From: Kofleriaceae bacterium | GTDB taxonomy: Bacteria > Myxococcota_A > Polyangia > Haliangiales > Haliangiaceae | Length of the DNA stretch: 64,000 bases | Assembly (NCBI GenBank): GCA_046597055.1 | Contig: JBKJLC010000079.1 | Coordinates: 9,783-73,782 of the forward strand | Direction of reading: 5' to 3' | Shown here: one piece after another, positions 41,978 to 50,966 of the stretch | How positions within the stretch are numbered: the first letter of the stretch is position 1 | Layout: each line of letters starts with the position of its first letter | The notes under the pieces: generated by a model | The model's input: only the letters and a program-made list of their open reading frames with translations | Database searches by the model: none | Told to the model about the DNA's origin: nothing | Translations under genes and position numbers: made by a program

Positions 41978-42435
41978 CTGGCGCTATCCCAATGCGCGCG
42001 CGATCTTCATCACCGCCGACGCTGGCGGCAGCAACAGCTATCGCTCGCACGTGTGGAAGGAGCAGCTCCAGCAGCTCCAGCAGCTCGCAGACAAGCTCGG
42101 CCTCGCGGTCCACGTCAGCCACTTCCCTCCCGGCACCAGCAAGTGGAACAAGATCGAGCACCGCCTGTTCTCGTTCATCTCGATCAACTGGCGCGGTCGA
42201 CCCCTGCGGACCTACGAGACCGCCATCAACCTTATCGGCAACACGACCAACCGCAGCGGCCTCGTCGTCCGTGCACGCCTCGATCGTCGCCGTTATCCGA
42301 TCGGCAGGAAGGTCGCCGCCAAGGACCGCCGCGCGTGGAAAATCGAGCGAGCTGACTTCCATGGCGACTGGAACTACGTCATCCAACCGCGCGACGAGAT
42401 GCGGTGATCGACCGAGTTACCCATTCGAGGGCCCT
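41978..42435 (+). mobile_element. Truncated ISAzo13-family transposase remnant (3' part plus probable right end)
   Basis: ITADAGGSN, HFPPGTSKWNKIEHRLFSFIS.NWRGRPL, HGDWNY; N-terminal two-thirds missing; 9-bp duplication CAGCTCCAG. Confidence 0.88.
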
Positions 42436-42465
42436 AACTGTGCGCGCCAGTCACCACAGATTTCT

Positions 42466-42789
42466 TCACACGATCGTTGACCGAGCAGCGGTGACGCAAC
42501 CAACTGCGATGACCCTGTATCCGTCGAGCAACTCGATCAGGCTGCCCTGGCCGAGCCACTCCGTGGGTACCGGATCTTCCGAGATCAATCGAAGAGTGGC
42601 CATGCCCCGGTTCGTCGCTTGGTCGAACGCGATGCTCGTACATTCGACATCTCGGGCGCGCTCCAGGTGCTCGCGAAGATACCGTTGCCACCGAACCGTT
42701 GGCCGCATTCCGAGATAGGGCTCAGAGCGGAGGCCTCCCAGTTCGCACGGAATCCAGAGGAACTCGACCTCGACTACTATGGGGCTCAC
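42466..42789 (-). CDS. Putative RHS immunity protein resembling EF-Tu domain III
   Basis: GTG start overlaps the RHS TGA (GTGA); motifs ExE...GG-x7-G-x-RP and G-x7-G-x-R-xxxx-G-x-V have EF-Tu domain III spacing. Confidence 0.72.
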   Translation of the reverse strand: MSPIVVEVEFLWIPCELGGLRSEPYLGMRPTVRWQRYLREHLERARDVECTSIAFDQATNRGMATLRLISEDPVPTEWLGQGSLIELLDGYRVIAVGCVTAARSTIV

Positions 42790-45700
42790 TTCGGCACCGG
42801 GGTGATCAGCGGAAGGTCGCTGCACTCGACGCAAAATCCGGGCCCGGTACCGTCAATGTTCGGGTGCCGATAGCTGCGCTCATACACAGACCTTGGCACA
42901 CGGCCCTCCACGACGTCGTCGAGGCCGGGCATGTTCTTCCGGAACCACTCAGCGCCCTGACGTGATTCGGAGAACCACTTGCTTTCCATAGATCGTCCCG
43001 CGGGATCGGGTCGGAAGCCGTACCTGGCGATGTCGTCGTCCTCGGCTCTCGACACGGCGCGCCAGCCCGTCACCGCGTCATCGGCGCCCCCGGCCGCCGG
43101 TGTGGGCAGAGACGCTCCTGGCGCGCCAGGCGGCGGACGCTGTCCCCCGGCTCCATTGGGTAGGCGAAGGCCTGCATCATCGATCCATCGACTGCCGGAG
43201 CCGGGCGCAGCAAGCCTGCCGATCCGGCCTCCGATGTGTCCTCCGATCACTTTGCCTACTCCGACACCGAGCCTCGCAACGAGGCCGCCCGTGCCGAAGC
43301 TCAGCACGAGCTCGGCGATCAGCGGCGGCGGCTCGAGCCCGCGCTCGGGCAAAAGGACGTTGCCCATGTGCTGCCCGTTGCGGTCAAACAGGGCGAAGCG
43401 GGGACTCCCCGAGGTGCCCTCTCTGCGCTCGTAGCCGACCAGATCGTAGGTGGTCACGCGCGGGGAGAGTGGACTCCCGGTCTCGAACTCGCGTGCCACG
43501 CCGAGGGCCGTGATGCTGCCCCACCCGCCGCCCCGCCCGCTAGTGACGAACTCCCGCTCCCATGCGCTCGTTCCGAAGTCGCTGATGCCGGCAAGCCACT
43601 CGGCCGCCGCCGGGCTCGGAATACCGATTTGGATGCCGACAGCCTGGCTGCCCAGACCCATCGGGTCACGGAAGGCAAGGGGCGCACTGCCGACGAAGGC
43701 GAAGAGGCTGGGGCCGCCGGCGAGGCCGATGGGGTCGGGGGAGAGGAAGCGGCCCAGGGCGGGGCGGTAGGTGCGAGCGCGCATGTCGACCAGGCCGAGC
43801 GCCAGGTCGTGGGGCAGGCCGTGGTAGCCGAAGGGGCTCGGCATCGCGGACGCGGGCACCTCGTTCATCTGGCCGTCGCGCAGCGTGACGTCGCCGTAGG
43901 CGCTGTAGCGCAGATGACGGACGGGGAGGCCCTCGCGATCGGTCAGGAGGTAGACCGAGCCTTGTCGATCTTGGTGGTGATAGAGGCGGGCGCCGAGCTT
44001 GTCGAGGGTGACCACCGGCTGGTCGAGTCCCTCGGCGGCGATGACGGTCTCCAGGAAGCCGGTGGGGCGCCCGATGAAGACGAGCTGGACGCCGTCCCAG
44101 CCGTAGCGGGTCACGGCGCCGGTGGTGGGGTTGGTTTCGGTCACGACGCGGCCGAGAGCGTCGCGCTGGTAGCGGCGGCCCTCGCCGCCGGCGGCCGTCG
44201 GTTTGACCGAGGCGAGATAGCCGAGCGCGTCGTAGCTGTACGCGGCGGTGTCGTCGGCGACCAGCGCGCCGCGCGCGTCTCGGCCGGTCGCGGTGGCGCC
44301 GATCGCGGTGACCGCGTCGCGCGCATCGCGGGTGTAGCTCGTGGCCTGCGCCGCCACGGTGCGGGACGTCCAGTTGTTGCGGCCGTCGAACGCCCACTGG
44401 GTGCGACCGGCGTCGGTCGCGGCCAGGGCGGTTGCGGTGGCGGCGGCCGACCCGTCGAACGCGCCGAGCTGGAACGTCGCGGTGACGCCGGTCTGCTCGG
44501 CGGCGAGCCGCCCCAGCGGGTCGATGCCGTAGACCGTGACCGCCGGCTCGGCGGTGATGCCGCGCTGGTCCCGCAGGCGGCGCGGGACGCCATCGAGCGG
44601 CAGCTCCCACTCGAGTGAGGCGAGGAGCGCGCCGGTCTGGGTGTGGCGATCGGTCACGCCGGTGAGCCGCGAGAGCGCGTCGTAGTCGTAACCGGTGACC
44701 ACGCCGTTCGCGAGCCGGCGATTCCGCGGGCCGCCCAGGCCGCCGTACTCCCACATCGCCGTGGGGACACTCTCTGCGCCGATCGTGAGCTGCTGCTGCC
44801 GGCCGAGCGCGTCGAACCTGCGCGTGACGGTGGCCTCGCCGCCGTAGATCGAGCGCACCCGCTGGCCCAGGCCGTCGAAGGCGTGGCGGCGCGCGTTGGT
44901 GGTGCCGAGGATGTCGTCGGACTCCTCGGCGAGATTGCCCAGCGAGTCCCACCCGAACGTGCTGGTGACGGTGGCGCCGGCGGCGCCGCCGTCCTGGCGG
45001 GTCGCGCGCCGCATGCGGCCGAGCGTGTCGTACCCGTAGCTGAGCACCACGCGCGCGCTGGCCTCGGGCGGCACCAGCTCGGCGCGCTCGAGCTCGCCGC
45101 CGATGGCCCACGTGAACGCAGTGCGCACACCGCGCGGATCCAGCCGGGTCTCGGGCAGGTCGGTCACGCCGAGGTACGCGGTCGCGGTGATCGCGCCGAC
45201 CGGGTCGACCTCGCGCTCGAGGCGACCCAATGCGTCGTACCCGTAGCCCCAGCTCGACGGCAGGCTGTCGGCGCCGGCGAGGCTGGTGCGGGCCACCGGC
45301 CGGTCATCGCCGTCGTAGCCGACCTTGACCTGCTCCTGCATGCCAGCGTCGGGCAGCGTCGTGAAGGTCGTCTCGCTTCGATCGAACGCGTCATAGGTCA
45401 TCCTCGTGACGACCCCGCTCGCATCCGTCCGGCCCCCGACCCGGAACGGGTCGTCATAGGCGAGGGCCTCGAGCACGCGGAGCTCGGTGCCCCGCTCGAC
45501 CGCACGCTTGCCGACCGCGCCGGTCGCGGTGAGGTTGGTGACCTCGTCGATCACGCCCCCGATGCCCGGCCGCCGGGTACGCACGGTGCGCCCGCCGTTG
45601 TCGTAGCGGGTCGTGAGGGTGGTGCCGTCTGGCAGCCGCACCTCGCTCGGACGCCCGGCGCCGTCGTAGCTCGCGCGGGTCGTCTGGCCCCGGTCGTCGG

Positions 45701-48700
45701 TCACGCTGACCGTGCGCGCCACATCGTCGTGGTGATAGGTCGTGACCGCGAAGCCGTCGCCCTGGGGCACGCCGCTGGGGTTCAGGTGCCAGCGCTTCTC
45801 GGTCACGAGCCGCGCCCGGCGGTCGTACTCGAGCTCGACCGCCGCCACCAGGCCCACGGTCCCGACCACGGGCGGACCCGCCGGCGGGCTCCCATGGTTG
45901 TAGTGCGCTTGCCACACGACGTTGCTCAGCTCGTCGTAGCCGGTGCGGATCGAGCCGCCGTCCGGGTGGCGCTCGAAGATCGGTCGCCCGAAGCCGTCGT
46001 ACTGCCAGGTCGTCTCCAGCCCACGGGCGTCGATGGCCGCGAGGAGCTGACCGTTTGGGTGATAGCGGTAGGTCGCGATCGTCCCGGCCGCATGGCTGCC
46101 GGACACGCGCGCCGGGCAGGCGTCATCCCACTCGGCCGCGGACGGCCCCAGGGCCCCCGCCATGATCGACGTCACCCGGCCCTCGCCGTCGTGGCCATAG
46201 CGGGTGCGGATTCCCTCGGCGCTCACCGTCTCGAGGATTCGCCCCGCCGGGCCCTGCTCCTGACACCGGGTCGCCGGCAGCAGACTCCCGTCGAGCGCGC
46301 GCCGCGTCGCGGTGACGGTCGCGCCGGTGGCGTCGTAGGTGATGTCCACCGCCTGGCGTGCGCCGGTGATCGTCTCGACCTGCGCGTCGTCGTCGTACCC
46401 GTAGGTCACTGCGCGGGTGAGCCCGTCAGCCTCCCAGCCGCGCCCGTGCAGCAGCGGCCCTTCCCAGTCGAAGGTCTGGACCAGGCCGAGCGGGGACACG
46501 GACCGGGTCGGGCGACCTGCGGCGTCGCTCATCACTTCGCTCCGCGCGGGCACAGCGCCCGCGACATCGACGATGGTCGAGCGCACCGTGCCGTTGGTGC
46601 GGTCGTAGGCGATCTGGGTCACCGCACCATCGGGGCCGGTCACCGTCGCAGGCGCGCTGCGGTCGGGGCCGGGGCCGCCGACCAGGCCGAGCCGGGTGAC
46701 CAGGCCGTCGGCCGCGATCACCGCGCGCAAATTGCCCGCGCTGTCGTATTCGCGGCGCTCGAGGATGCGCGACGTATCGCGCGGATCCCACACGACCGAC
46801 ATGCGGGCCGGCCAGTCGGTCCATCCGAGCTGGCGGCGGATCGGGGCCCCGCCGTCGGCGGGCAGGTCGAGCACGCGCGCCAGATTGCCTCGGGGATCGT
46901 ACGTCAGGCACTGGCGTGCCCCGGTGGGCGTCAGAACGCCGACGACGCGGCCGTCTGGATCGTAGTTCATCCACGAGGCCGCCCCGGTGTCGTGGTTCCG
47001 TGTGTGCACCAGCCGCCCGGCCGCATCGGCGTAGTAGGTCCAGAACGCGCCGTGCAGATCGTGCAGCACGGTCGCCTGGGTCGGCCGCGGGCCGCTCCCC
47101 CAGTCGATCCCGACGGGCGTCGACGGATCGCACGGCACCTCATGCACCGTGTCGAGCCGATCGGCGTCGCTGTAGAACAGGTCCGCGGGCGGCATCGCGG
47201 GCGGGTAGGTCAGATCGGGCCCGGTCTCGTCGCTGAAGTGGAAGACGTAGAGCGGCTCGGTCGCGGCCAGCCCCTCGTCGCCAGGTCGTGCCGCGGGCGC
47301 GCTGAACAAGGGCACGCTCGCGTAGAGCGGCTGGGCCCGCAGCTCGGCCAGCTTGGCGGCGGAGCTGCTCGCAGCCACCGTTCGCTGGTAGCGGCCATTG
47401 CCGTGGCTGACGAGCACGAGCGGCGTCCGCACCGGCGCCAGCGCGCTCGGGCGGAAGTGGCTGCTGGTGATCGACGCCTGCCCCGTGCGCGCGAACGCCG
47501 CCGCCGCGCCGTCCGGCGCGAGACTGGCGAGGGGCGCCGTCCACAGATCGCCCTTGTCGCAGGCGTCTTCCGGCGTGATCGACAGCTCGTGCTCGCCGGT
47601 GCGCTCGACGTGGAACGGCCGGGTGCAGGCGCCCGCGGCCATGACCGCGGCGCTGGTCGGGCGCCCCGGGTAGACCCGGATGGAGACGCCGTCGCCCCAT
47701 ACCGTCAGCCCGCCGACCTGGCCGAGGCGCACCGCCGCCGCCTTGTCGCCGGCGACGGCGACTGCACCGCCCGGATCGAAGGTCAGCACGACCGTGCCCT
47801 CGGGCAGCGCCAGCTCGAGCCGGTGCGGGGCCTTGTCGAGCGGGGAGCGCGACGCAACTCGCGCCGCGATCGTGCCGGTGCTGCCGCCCGTATCGATGCG
47901 CACGAAGGTCGGCGCCAGCCGGGTCGTTGCCTTGAAGGTTGCCTTGACGAACGACCAGCCGCCGAGCGGCGTCTCGTCCGGCCCCACCGCCGGGAAGTCG
48001 AACATCACATCGCCCCACGGCACGATCAGGTGGCGCGGCGGCCTCACCGGTTCGGCCGTGCACGCGTACGGACAGATCGTCGGGGGGCGGAAGTCCGCGG
48101 GCGCCGCGACCATGCCGGCCGCCCACGTCGCCGGCGCCGAGTTCGCCGCCGTCAGATCCACCCGGCTCAACGCCGCCGTCCGCGTCCCGTAGCGCTGAGC
48201 GGTGACGGTGTCGAAGTCGGGCGATGCGAGGTCGGTACCGTAGGTGTTCTCGAGGTACAGCGCCCCGTTGCCGTCGGTGACCCGCACCAGGTTGAAGTTC
48301 AGGTCCGCGAGATAGCCATACTTGGGCCCCACGAACGGCCCGCTCGCGTGGGCGTCGTCAACGCACGCCGCCGTGCACGACGTCTCGCACGTGCCCGCCA
48401 GGTCGAGCCCGGTGCAGTAGGTCGCGCAGTCATTGACGTGACAGCCCGCCGCACAGGCCGCGCCGCAGTCCGCCCGGCAGCCGGAATTGCATCCGCCCCT
48501 GCAACCTCTGTCGCAATCGTCATAGCAAGCGTTGCGTGCCTGCCTGAGGCACCCGTAGTTCTCGCTCCACGTGCTCGCGGTGCCCGCGCACTCGATGAGG
48601 TCGTTGTATTCCTGGCTGCCAGGTGCCGGCGTCAGCCTCGCAAGGTCCGCGCACCCGCCAGGTGCGGGACAGTCGCTCACGTGGCCGAAGCCGAGGAACG

Positions 48701-50696
48701 TGTTTTTACACTCGTCCTCGCAGCTCGCGCCGGCGGTACACCCGCCGCCATTGCAGTCGTCTCCGTAGGCGCAGCAGTTGGCGATATCCGTGTGGCAGAT
48801 CTGATCCTTGGCGGCCTCGGTATGCCTCCAGGTACAGCCCTCCCAGGGCGGCCACCTCCACCCCAGACAGCCGAACGTCTCCATGACCGCCGTGACCGAG
48901 ACGATGAATGCATCCAACGTGTCCTCGACGAGGTCGTGCGGTCCATGCCAGCGCGAGCATTCCGCTGGGACCTCGACCGAGGTGGTCGTATTGCCACCCT
49001 GGCCTGCTCCGACCGGGATGTTGACGACGCCCGCCGCGCATTGGAAGACCGCTTCGCACTGACCGCCCGTCTCCGCATCGCACGCGTCCGCACAGGCCGC
49101 GCACCCGGCCGCGGCGGTGTCCTGGTACAGGTCCTCGCAGTACGACCGGAGCGAGTCGAGTTTTTCGGGTGTGGTGCACTCGTCGAAGCACGAGTCCCCA
49201 CATGCTCTGCCGCAGCCGGTCGAACACTCGTCTTCGCACGCGTCGGTGCACGTCTCGTTGCACGCCGGACACGCCGCCAGGCACGCCCCGGTGGCCGCAC
49301 GCACCGGCGCATCACACGCGCCACCGGCGTCGCACGACCGCGACGAGACCGCGCAGGCGTTCGCGCACGTGCGCTCGAGCTGCAGCTCGGGGATCCAGGG
49401 CCCCACGGTGCGCCCGGCCTGGACGTCGTACTCGTAGCGCTCGCTCCGTCCGTCGGCGCGGCGCGCGAGTTCGAGCCCGCCGTTGGCCCCGTACTCGTAG
49501 CTCGCGGACATCCCCGACCGCGCCTCCGCAACGCGCTTCAGCCGATCGCTCCCATCGTAGGTGTACTCGATGCGGCGCCCCACGCTGTCGGTCACCGCGG
49601 CGAGGCGCCAGTCTTGCTGCGCCCCCGGCTCCCATCCGAACGTCAGGCCGATCCCGTTGGCATCGGTCCACGCCGCCAGGAGGCCCCGGCCGTCGAAGCG
49701 ACGGATCTCGCCGCCCCGGTCGCGCAGCTCCCACGTGATCGCGTGCGCGCCCTCGGTCCCCACCAGCGAGAGGTCCGCGACGTCGCTCTGATAGGTGACG
49801 CGCTGCGCCTGCCGCGAGACCTCCCGGAAGCGAAACGTCGCGCCGGTCCCCGACGACAGCAGCATGACCGGCCCGCAGATCGGATCCTGGTTGATCTCAT
49901 CCGGGACCGGCAATTCGCCTTGCGGCCCCGTGGGGGTGCTCGTCGTCGGCGCCGAGAACGACACTGGGGCCGGAGCCGCGACCAACCGCTGGTTGTAGGA
50001 GACGTCCCAACCGGGCCCCAGCGGTCCCCGGTACTCGAGGCGGCTGCGGTAGATGCGGCGATGCGCGAAGCTCACGCCGAAGCCGGGCAGCGCCAGGTCG
50101 ACATGCTCGATCACCAGCTCGCCGGTCACCGGATCGATCGGATCCGTGATCCCGTCCGCGACCTGCGCCGTCGGCGTGCTGCCATTCGGCGCCACGAACC
50201 GAGGCCCACCCTGGGTCTGGGGGAGTGGCACCGGTCCCCCTCGATTGCTCCACCACGAGGCCAGCAGCCGCTCGGTCGTCACCCGCCCGGTGGCGGCGCG
50301 GTCGGCCAGGTCCGTGTTGGCCGCCCAGAACGCCGCCGCCGTCGCTGGCGCCCTGCTCGCGTGGAACGACTCGACCGGAGGTGCCTCCAACGGAGGAGGC
50401 CGCACCTTCCGTTCCACTGCTCCGAACAGCGTCGCGCCGCGGTCGGCGCCGAGACTGCGACCGATCACCGGCTCGATCCGGCTTCCCCCGCCGGTGTCAT
50501 CAGGGGCCCATGTGGAGATGGTCTCGTCGCACTCCAGGCACGCATGCAGCGGCGCCGACGGATCGCAGTCGGGTCGGCGCCGGCACACCTCCGCGTTCGC
50601 GGTTGTAACCAGCGACGAGCCCGCCACGCCCAGCGCGGCCGCGATTGCCAGCGCGCCGGCGACCGCGACCAAGACACCACTTCGATGACGCCTCAT
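42786..50696 (-). CDS. RHS/YD-repeat polymorphic toxin with signal peptide, DUF6531, Cys-rich insertion and ART-like C-terminal toxin
   Basis: DPIDPVTGE...GPLGPGW (DUF6531); many YDxxGR repeats; RHS core HQDRQGSV...ARTYRPALGRFLSPDPIG...DPMGL; GGAGG RBS. Confidence 0.93.
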   Translation of the reverse strand: MRRHRSGVLVAVAGALAIAAALGVAGSSLVTTANAEVCRRRPDCDPSAPLHACLECDETISTWAPDDTGGGSRIEPVIGRSLGADRGATLFGAVERKVRPPPLEAPPVESFHASRAPATAAAFWAANTDLADRAATGRVTTERLLASWWSNRGGPVPLPQTQGGPRFVAPNGSTPTAQVADGITDPIDPVTGELVIEHVDLALPGFGVSFAHRRIYRSRLEYRGPLGPGWDVSYNQRLVAAPAPVSFSAPTTSTPTGPQGELPVPDEINQDPICGPVMLLSSGTGATFRFREVSRQAQRVTYQSDVADLSLVGTEGAHAITWELRDRGGEIRRFDGRGLLAAWTDANGIGLTFGWEPGAQQDWRLAAVTDSVGRRIEYTYDGSDRLKRVAEARSGMSASYEYGANGGLELARRADGRSERYEYDVQAGRTVGPWIPELQLERTCANACAVSSRSCDAGGACDAPVRAATGACLAACPACNETCTDACEDECSTGCGRACGDSCFDECTTPEKLDSLRSYCEDLYQDTAAAGCAACADACDAETGGQCEAVFQCAAGVVNIPVGAGQGGNTTTSVEVPAECSRWHGPHDLVEDTLDAFIVSVTAVMETFGCLGWRWPPWEGCTWRHTEAAKDQICHTDIANCCAYGDDCNGGGCTAGASCEDECKNTFLGFGHVSDCPAPGGCADLARLTPAPGSQEYNDLIECAGTASTWSENYGCLRQARNACYDDCDRGCRGGCNSGCRADCGAACAAGCHVNDCATYCTGLDLAGTCETSCTAACVDDAHASGPFVGPKYGYLADLNFNLVRVTDGNGALYLENTYGTDLASPDFDTVTAQRYGTRTAALSRVDLTAANSAPATWAAGMVAAPADFRPPTICPYACTAEPVRPPRHLIVPWGDVMFDFPAVGPDETPLGGWSFVKATFKATTRLAPTFVRIDTGGSTGTIAARVASRSPLDKAPHRLELALPEGTVVLTFDPGGAVAVAGDKAAAVRLGQVGGLTVWGDGVSIRVYPGRPTSAAVMAAGACTRPFHVERTGEHELSITPEDACDKGDLWTAPLASLAPDGAAAAFARTGQASITSSHFRPSALAPVRTPLVLVSHGNGRYQRTVAASSSAAKLAELRAQPLYASVPLFSAPAARPGDEGLAATEPLYVFHFSDETGPDLTYPPAMPPADLFYSDADRLDTVHEVPCDPSTPVGIDWGSGPRPTQATVLHDLHGAFWTYYADAAGRLVHTRNHDTGAASWMNYDPDGRVVGVLTPTGARQCLTYDPRGNLARVLDLPADGGAPIRRQLGWTDWPARMSVVWDPRDTSRILERREYDSAGNLRAVIAADGLVTRLGLVGGPGPDRSAPATVTGPDGAVTQIAYDRTNGTVRSTIVDVAGAVPARSEVMSDAAGRPTRSVSPLGLVQTFDWEGPLLHGRGWEADGLTRAVTYGYDDDAQVETITGARQAVDITYDATGATVTATRRALDGSLLPATRCQEQGPAGRILETVSAEGIRTRYGHDGEGRVTSIMAGALGPSAAEWDDACPARVSGSHAAGTIATYRYHPNGQLLAAIDARGLETTWQYDGFGRPIFERHPDGGSIRTGYDELSNVVWQAHYNHGSPPAGPPVVGTVGLVAAVELEYDRRARLVTEKRWHLNPSGVPQGDGFAVTTYHHDDVARTVSVTDDRGQTTRASYDGAGRPSEVRLPDGTTLTTRYDNGGRTVRTRRPGIGGVIDEVTNLTATGAVGKRAVERGTELRVLEALAYDDPFRVGGRTDASGVVTRMTYDAFDRSETTFTTLPDAGMQEQVKVGYDGDDRPVARTSLAGADSLPSSWGYGYDALGRLEREVDPVGAITATAYLGVTDLPETRLDPRGVRTAFTWAIGGELERAELVPPEASARVVLSYGYDTLGRMRRATRQDGGAAGATVTSTFGWDSLGNLAEESDDILGTTNARRHAFDGLGQRVRSIYGGEATVTRRFDALGRQQQLTIGAESVPTAMWEYGGLGGPRNRRLANGVVTGYDYDALSRLTGVTDRHTQTGALLASLEWELPLDGVPRRLRDQRGITAEPAVTVYGIDPLGRLAAEQTGVTATFQLGAFDGSAAATATALAATDAGRTQWAFDGRNNWTSRTVAAQATSYTRDARDAVTAIGATATGRDARGALVADDTAAYSYDALGYLASVKPTAAGGEGRRYQRDALGRVVTETNPTTGAVTRYGWDGVQLVFIGRPTGFLETVIAAEGLDQPVVTLDKLGARLYHHQDRQGSVYLLTDREGLPVRHLRYSAYGDVTLRDGQMNEVPASAMPSPFGYHGLPHDLALGLVDMRARTYRPALGRFLSPDPIGLAGGPSLFAFVGSAPLAFRDPMGLGSQAVGIQIGIPSPAAAEWLAGISDFGTSAWEREFVTSGRGGGWGSITALGVAREFETGSPLSPRVTTYDLVGYERREGTSGSPRFALFDRNGQHMGNVLLPERGLEPPPLIAELVLSFGTGGLVARLGVGVGKVIGGHIGGRIGRLAAPGSGSRWIDDAGLRLPNGAGGQRPPPGAPGASLPTPAAGGADDAVTGWRAVSRAEDDDIARYGFRPDPAGRSMESKWFSESRQGAEWFRKNMPGLDDVVEGRVPRSVYERSYRHPNIDGTGPGFCVECSDLPLITPVPK

Positions 50697-50966
50697 GTGC
50701 CGGCCTTATCCTCCAGCTGGCTCACGGGTTGCGAGCAAATCGAAGAAAACAACATTCTCGAGTTGCCTGGGACACCTGCGTCAGCCTCGAGGTAGTCGGG
50801 TAAGTGTCGGGTGCGGGGGCTTACGCTCTTGTCGACGAGCGTTGGCGGTCGCGAGGGGTGACCGCCGACGACGCGGCGCCGTCGGCGAGCACAACCGCGA
50901 GGCCGCGTCGCTGGTGGGCGCGTGGCTGGCGTGACCGGCGATCAGGGTGCGCCGGCGGCCGCCGCA

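Noticed and set aside
42434..42691. Alternative 85-aa minus-strand ORF as the immunity gene
   Set aside because: It overlaps the better candidate in another frame, is not coupled to the RHS stop and has no recognisable pattern.
50718..50732. TGGC-N7-TTGC sigma-54-like site near the RHS start
   Set aside because: It is on the plus strand pointing away from the RHS gene with no plausible downstream gene; likely chance.
44643..50795. 2050-aa plus-strand ORF and other long antisense ORFs (e.g. 4493-7249, 35117-37828, most of 16754-19711)
   Set aside because: Shadow ORFs opposite well-supported genes, expected in very high-GC DNA; Arg/Ala/Gly-rich with no motifs.
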